A stretch of 64,000 bases of DNA from Podarcis vaucheri (lineage: Eukaryota), in the NCBI GenBank assembly GCA_965113315.1, contig OZ220364.1. The stretch is one strand, 5' to 3'. The stretch's first letter is position 1. Each line of letters starts with the position of its first letter. Below the pieces are notes generated by a model. It was not told the origin of the DNA, made no database searches, and worked only from the letters and a program-made list of their open reading frames with translations. This document shows positions 59,106-64,000 of this stretch, piece after piece. The translations under genes and the position numbers were made by a program.

Positions 59106-61508
59106 GAATTGCTATACTAGTTCCCGAAAGCTAAAATAGCCTGGGCAAGTGAGTAGAGGCTTCCATCTTTTCTCAAACAAAATGAGTTGATGGCAAAAGT
59201 GTGGAGAGCAAATATTATCAGGGTATGTCAGGATAGGAAGACCAGAACTCAGAGTTTTTAAACCTTTTATGAGACACGGTCCTCATTTTCGCCCACATGG
59301 CATGTTTGGGGGTGGGTGGGGTGTGTAAGGAGAAAGTACATGAAGTCAAGAAGTTTATTTGCACCGCACACCCTAAGCCACACCTTAGCTTAGCATGAGC
59401 TCCTCTCCAGGAGTCTGCCCTGCAGCTTTACATGGTCTCCCTAGGCCAAGATTTGGCTTAGCATGTCATCTGAACTAGGCCAATATAAATGCACAGTCCT
59501 GCAGTTCTATACTCACCCTGTAGTAAGCCCCATTGAACTCAATAGGGAATACGTCTCAGTAGACGTGTATAAGATTGACCTGTTTGTCTTGTTGATTGCC
59601 AAGTCAGGGGACAGTGGTTTCCAATGAAGAGAGATTCATATTTTATTGAACTGCTATATGTTGTGTCTTGCTACCTGCTTACATGTGTGGTTATCCCCTT
59701 GAGTTGTTTTTGTTTCGTTTTGGGTGCCTTTTCATAGCCCGTTTCCCCCATTGCATTAACTGCATTTCATGAAAAAAAAGTGTTTAACAAAACTCAGTAA
59801 ATACAATGTTTTGTTTTTAATGTGGGCAAGAATCAAGCCTGTTTCCTTTTTAATGGCCCTTCTTCAAGGCATTTCCTTAGGAAGAAAGGGAGCTGGGGAA
59901 TGGGGAACCTCCATTCAACCTTTAGGTGCTGCTGTGGCAGCATTCCAGACACAAGGGTCCACAGTAAATTAAACTCCCATGGATCCTGACAACCTTGCTA
60001 CATTTGCCATGGATCCTTGCACCAGGATGCTGATGGAGGTTCCCAGGCAAGCTTCTCTATTGCACAGCCTTGTCATTTTTTTTTGCTTTCCTTCACGAAC
60101 TGGGATAAAATGGATTTTGTCCACGTGCAGTATCTAATTTCTTTTTTGAGAACAGTTTCATCCATGTTTCATTTTTAATTGTTGTATACCACTGTGACAT
60201 CTTGTAATGTTCGGCTGTATGTATTCCAAATAAATGGATAAATTAAATAATAGCTTAGCATTGTTCATATAGCATTCGTCTCAGCCTTTCTTTCAACATC
60301 CATGTAGAATAGAACAGTTTCGCTACTCCCATATTGTAGATTAGAAGGACAGAGCCTAGTGGCTTGTCTAAGGCTAAGTGGTGGCCTTAGTGGGCATATT
60401 CACTGAAATACAATTTGAACAGAGGACTTCTTTGCTCACATTCTTAAGCCTTTTTGCACTGCACCAGCTCCTATATAGCTACCCCACTACTTCAATATCA
60501 TTATCCTGCGCGTATTACGGTATATAGCAGGCAGGCATCTTTCTATGCTATAAAATGTGTGCATTTAGAGCTGTCTTGACAGAAATGTGTTTAGCCTGCA
60601 AACCAAGAAAAATAATATGCATTTGCATTTAAATCCTGCATCTCATTATAAGAGAAAATCTGTGTCCACTATGCTGATGTGTGTTATTTGGTAATCCAGA
60701 TTCTATCTTTAGAATGAGAAAAATCTGTCTACTTTTCCGATAAACACAGCTTCTAAAGTCAAGTTTGTAGTTGATCACAGGCCCAACCATAGGAACTGAA
60801 CGCCTACACTCCTAAAATCAGTTCTTGTTAGGGTTGTTAGGGTTTTGTTTTGTGTTTTTTCATCTGTTTCTTCACTAATCTAATTTTAAAATCTGTTTCC
60901 TTGCTGTACACAGAAGGCATACTTTTATTTCCCTGCAGGTACCACTTTCTTTTAAAATGGGAATTCAAACAGTTTACTAAGGTTGCCTTACAAATACTAC
61001 TAATGTTATTAACCCCCCTGGCGTGTGACTACATAAACAAGCACAATAGTATCTGCCAAGAGTAGTAGCAAAAGCCACTGTGCATGAGAGGGAATTTGTC
61101 TTGCCAAAGATGGCATACAAATATTGGTTATGGTTTTCAGAACTCAGATAGCTTGTTTACTACAGTATTTACTTCCCTGTGATATTGAAAGCATGATTCC
61201 TGCTGCTTGAACTCTATAGTTTGGTTCAACTCTTAATCCTTGAGCAGGAGCCACCTGTAATGACAAATTATGGCTTGTGCAAACAAGTAATTGAGGGTGA
61301 AATTGGAGTGTCCAAAGGGAAGAAGCAGCCTGAGGTTCAGTCACAGATAAACTATGGTGTTTTTTTGCTGAGCTGGGCTGTTGAGCTTGAGCCAATGAGT
61401 TGACTGGGCGTGCAGGTGCTCCTGGGGTGCTCCTGCAAAACAGAATGCAGTCCGAAACATAATACAAAGGCATCCCTGCTTTGAATAAATGCCAGCCTTT
61501 GCTTAGGC

Positions 61509-61646
61509 CAGTGATGGCCAAACTTGGCCCTCCAGCTGTTTTTGGGGACTACAGCTCCCATCATCCCTAGCTAACAGAACCAGTGGTCAGAGATGATGGG
61601 AATTGTAGTCCCAAAACAGCTGGAGGGCAAGGTTTGGCCATCACTG
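61509..61646. mobile_element. ~138-bp palindromic hAT MITE
   Basis: TIR CAGTGATGGCCAAAC; TSD GCTTAGGC. Confidence 0.9.
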
Positions 61647-61784
61647 GCTTAGGCCAACCTTTGTCAACCTGGAATCCAGTGGCTGTGCTTAGCTGGGGCT
61701 GATGGGAGTTATAGTAAAAATAAAATAAAATTGGAGGGCACCAGATGTCTGAAGTCAGGCATAGATCTTTCAGTCAATGCATAG

Positions 61785-61845
61785 ATCATAGATTGAATCA
61801 TAGAACTGTAGAGTTGGAAGGATCTAATCTAAACCCCCTGCAATG
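61785..61845 (-). mobile_element. CR1 3'-terminal fragment
   Basis: atcatagaactgtagagttggaagg...aaccccctgcaatgc is the reverse complement of the CR1 tail. Confidence 0.6.
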
Positions 61846-63191
61846 CTTGTTAGCCAGGCTCCTGACAATTTCTTCACTACCTTTGTGTAATCCAACATCC
61901 TTACTAGAAGTGAAAGCATGCAAGAACAAGACAGCTCTTTGCATCTCTTATTGCTACAAGGCATCTACAGTAGAGCCAGGGCATAGTATCCCATGAGGTT
62001 AACATGTGAGCCTCCAAAATAAGGTAATATGTAAGAAAATTCAAAAAGTCAAGTAGTGAGACTGGATTAATTAGGAACCTTGTCTAATCCATATAATATT
62101 GGCACTTGCTTTTCGCTGCAGGAATTCTTTATTAACATATGCATAAGTTTATGTTTTACTCTATCCTGCTGCTGTCTTGACAGTTAGGTTAAATGGTGCT
62201 GAATACACTTTAGAAAGAAGAAGAATTCAAATCTCTTTTTTCCCCTAATCTGAAAAAGCATTGCATACAAGAGAGGCAGAATTCATTCAATTTCCTGTTA
62301 ATTTCCTTGGTTGTCTAATTTTATGTAAATCCACAGAGCACAAGTTTTAATTCAGCCACTCTCATCAAGAGACCAGAGACAGACACAGAATAGGGGTTGG
62401 GGTGGGGATAAAATTTACCATTTGGGGGAGGGGGGCTTTAAAAAGAATTCAGCAGCAGGAGAAATTTTACATTTTAATTGAAAGTGTTTGTTTTTCTCCA
62501 CACAATAAACCTTACTTTCAACAGGAAAGAGGGGGAAGGGTATTAGATAGTGAAAGGAACTAATTCTGCATCTCAGGAAAATGACAATTTCTTCCAGGCA
62601 GACCTATAGTATCATCTGGGATTAGTAATGGTGGCATTCTTTGTCAACATGTCATCCTTGAAAGTGAGGAACAAGGGGAGCGGCTATCATTTTCCCTGCT
62701 GCAGGGTGTCAGCAAAAGATTCATTTGACTCTAAAGGGGATTATCCCTTCTTCTGTCCCCTGGAGAGACAAGAGAGTTTATTACAGAAGCTGAGGAAAAG
62801 GGGGTTAGCACAGATTAGTATTATATTATTGGCAGGGCAATGATGTATGTTACATACAAAAAAATTGCAAGATGTCTCTACCCCCCCCTTCTTATTTCTG
62901 ACAGAGTCCTCATCACTCTGTCCTCCTAGCTGTATCATCAGAATGCAGGACGTCACATGAAAATAGTGGTTGATGTGACTCTGGATTCTGTGGCCAAGGA
63001 CACTCTGATTCTTCATCATGCCTGAACTACAAACTGGAATGCAGCAAAACTGAGAAAACCTTTAAGTGTGAAGCAGACTGAGGCCCAGCCAGAGTTTAGG
63101 ACATGACTGCAGTCCTTCCCACTCCACTTAGCACCCCTAAACTCCACCTGCCTCGCTGGGGACAGTAAGGGGGTGGTTCCAGAAGGCAGAA

Positions 63192-63215
63192 ACACACACA
63201 CACACACACACACAC
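63192..63215. repeat. (CA)n microsatellite
   Basis: Seen directly. Confidence 0.95.
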
Positions 63216-63390
63216 TGTGTTTTGTTGCTGATTGTCTTCAAAAGGAAAGACAGGGAAGTTGGAATATACTTGATAAGGCACTAAGGACTCAGCTATACAG
63301 CTGCAAATGTAACATTTTAAGTGTGTTTTAAGTGCATTATACAAATGTGACACTAGGTGGTGCTGATGAGCTAATGACAAGTTCCATATA

Positions 63391-63619
63391 CAGTTGTACC
63401 TCGGGTTACAGACGCTTCAGGTTACAGACTCCACTAACCCAGAAATAGTACCTCAGGTTAAGAACTTTGCTTCAGGATGAGAACAGAAATCGTGCTCTGG
63501 CAGCGCGGCGGCGGCAGCGGGAGGCCCCATTAGCTAAAGTGGTGCTTCAGGTTAAGAACAGTTTCAGATTAAGAACAGACCTGGAGAACGAATTAAGTTC
63601 TTAACCCGAGGTACCACTG
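63391..63619 (+). mobile_element. Tigger-like MITE
   Basis: TA TSD; TIR CAGT(T/G)GTACCTCGGGTTA. Confidence 0.9.
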
Positions 63620-64000
63620 TATACTTTACAACTTTTTTTAAAAAAAAATCATTTTCCACAGCATTTTTTAGATCTATGTAGATTCAGCCTGAGAGAGACG
63701 GGAGGCAGAAGAGACACACGTATACTATCGGTGGTGGGATGGAACACATACACAGTGAAAATAGTTTGTTACAGATCCTGCATGGCACATATTAGTACAG
63801 TATGCTCAACCAGTATCCAGCTGTGTATTCACCCCCCTCTGATGTTAGCTTATGTAAGGGGCTGTGTCTAGTAGTCTCTTAGCGTTGAGCATCTTTGGAA
63901 GCTGAGCTGCCCTTAACGTTATCCACTGGAAATCGTACACACCCAAGCCTTGAAGAGAAAAAATGTTCCACTGCTATACTTTTATCATAGGTAATACTAG

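Noticed and set aside
60827-60844. gttagggttgttagggtt telomere-like motif
   Set aside because: Only two interrupted units; expected by chance.

Overview
Vertebrate, repeat-rich, non-coding DNA, most likely from a lacertid lizard (inferred from Podarcis/Lacerta-type Sauria SINEs and a young BovB). I found no convincing host protein-coding exon, so the window is probably intronic or intergenic. It has two assembly gaps. The only long ORF is a full-length, uninterrupted RTE/BovB LINE (37355-40576, minus strand, 13-bp TSD, 1033-codon APE+RT frame, plus a 38-aa overlapping uORF). The most striking unannotated structures are minimal type I hammerhead ribozyme motifs in two different Penelope-like families. 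The first is a ~125-nt, ORF-less family with three loci, two of them fold-back hairpins with 12-13-bp TSDs. The second is a ~1.1-kb 5'-truncated Penelope element with ~390-bp inverted arms, inserted into a microsatellite inside a copy of the first family. The rest is layered transposon sequence: a fossil Tip100/ZMYM1-like hAT transposase, L2 and CR1 fragments, Sauria SINEs, tRNA-Asn- and tRNA-Lys-headed SINEs with CR1 tails, and many hAT and Tc1/mariner-pogo MITEs. There is also an orphan 213-bp CpG-rich insertion with a 12-bp TSD. All family names come from motif recognition by eye, not from database searches.
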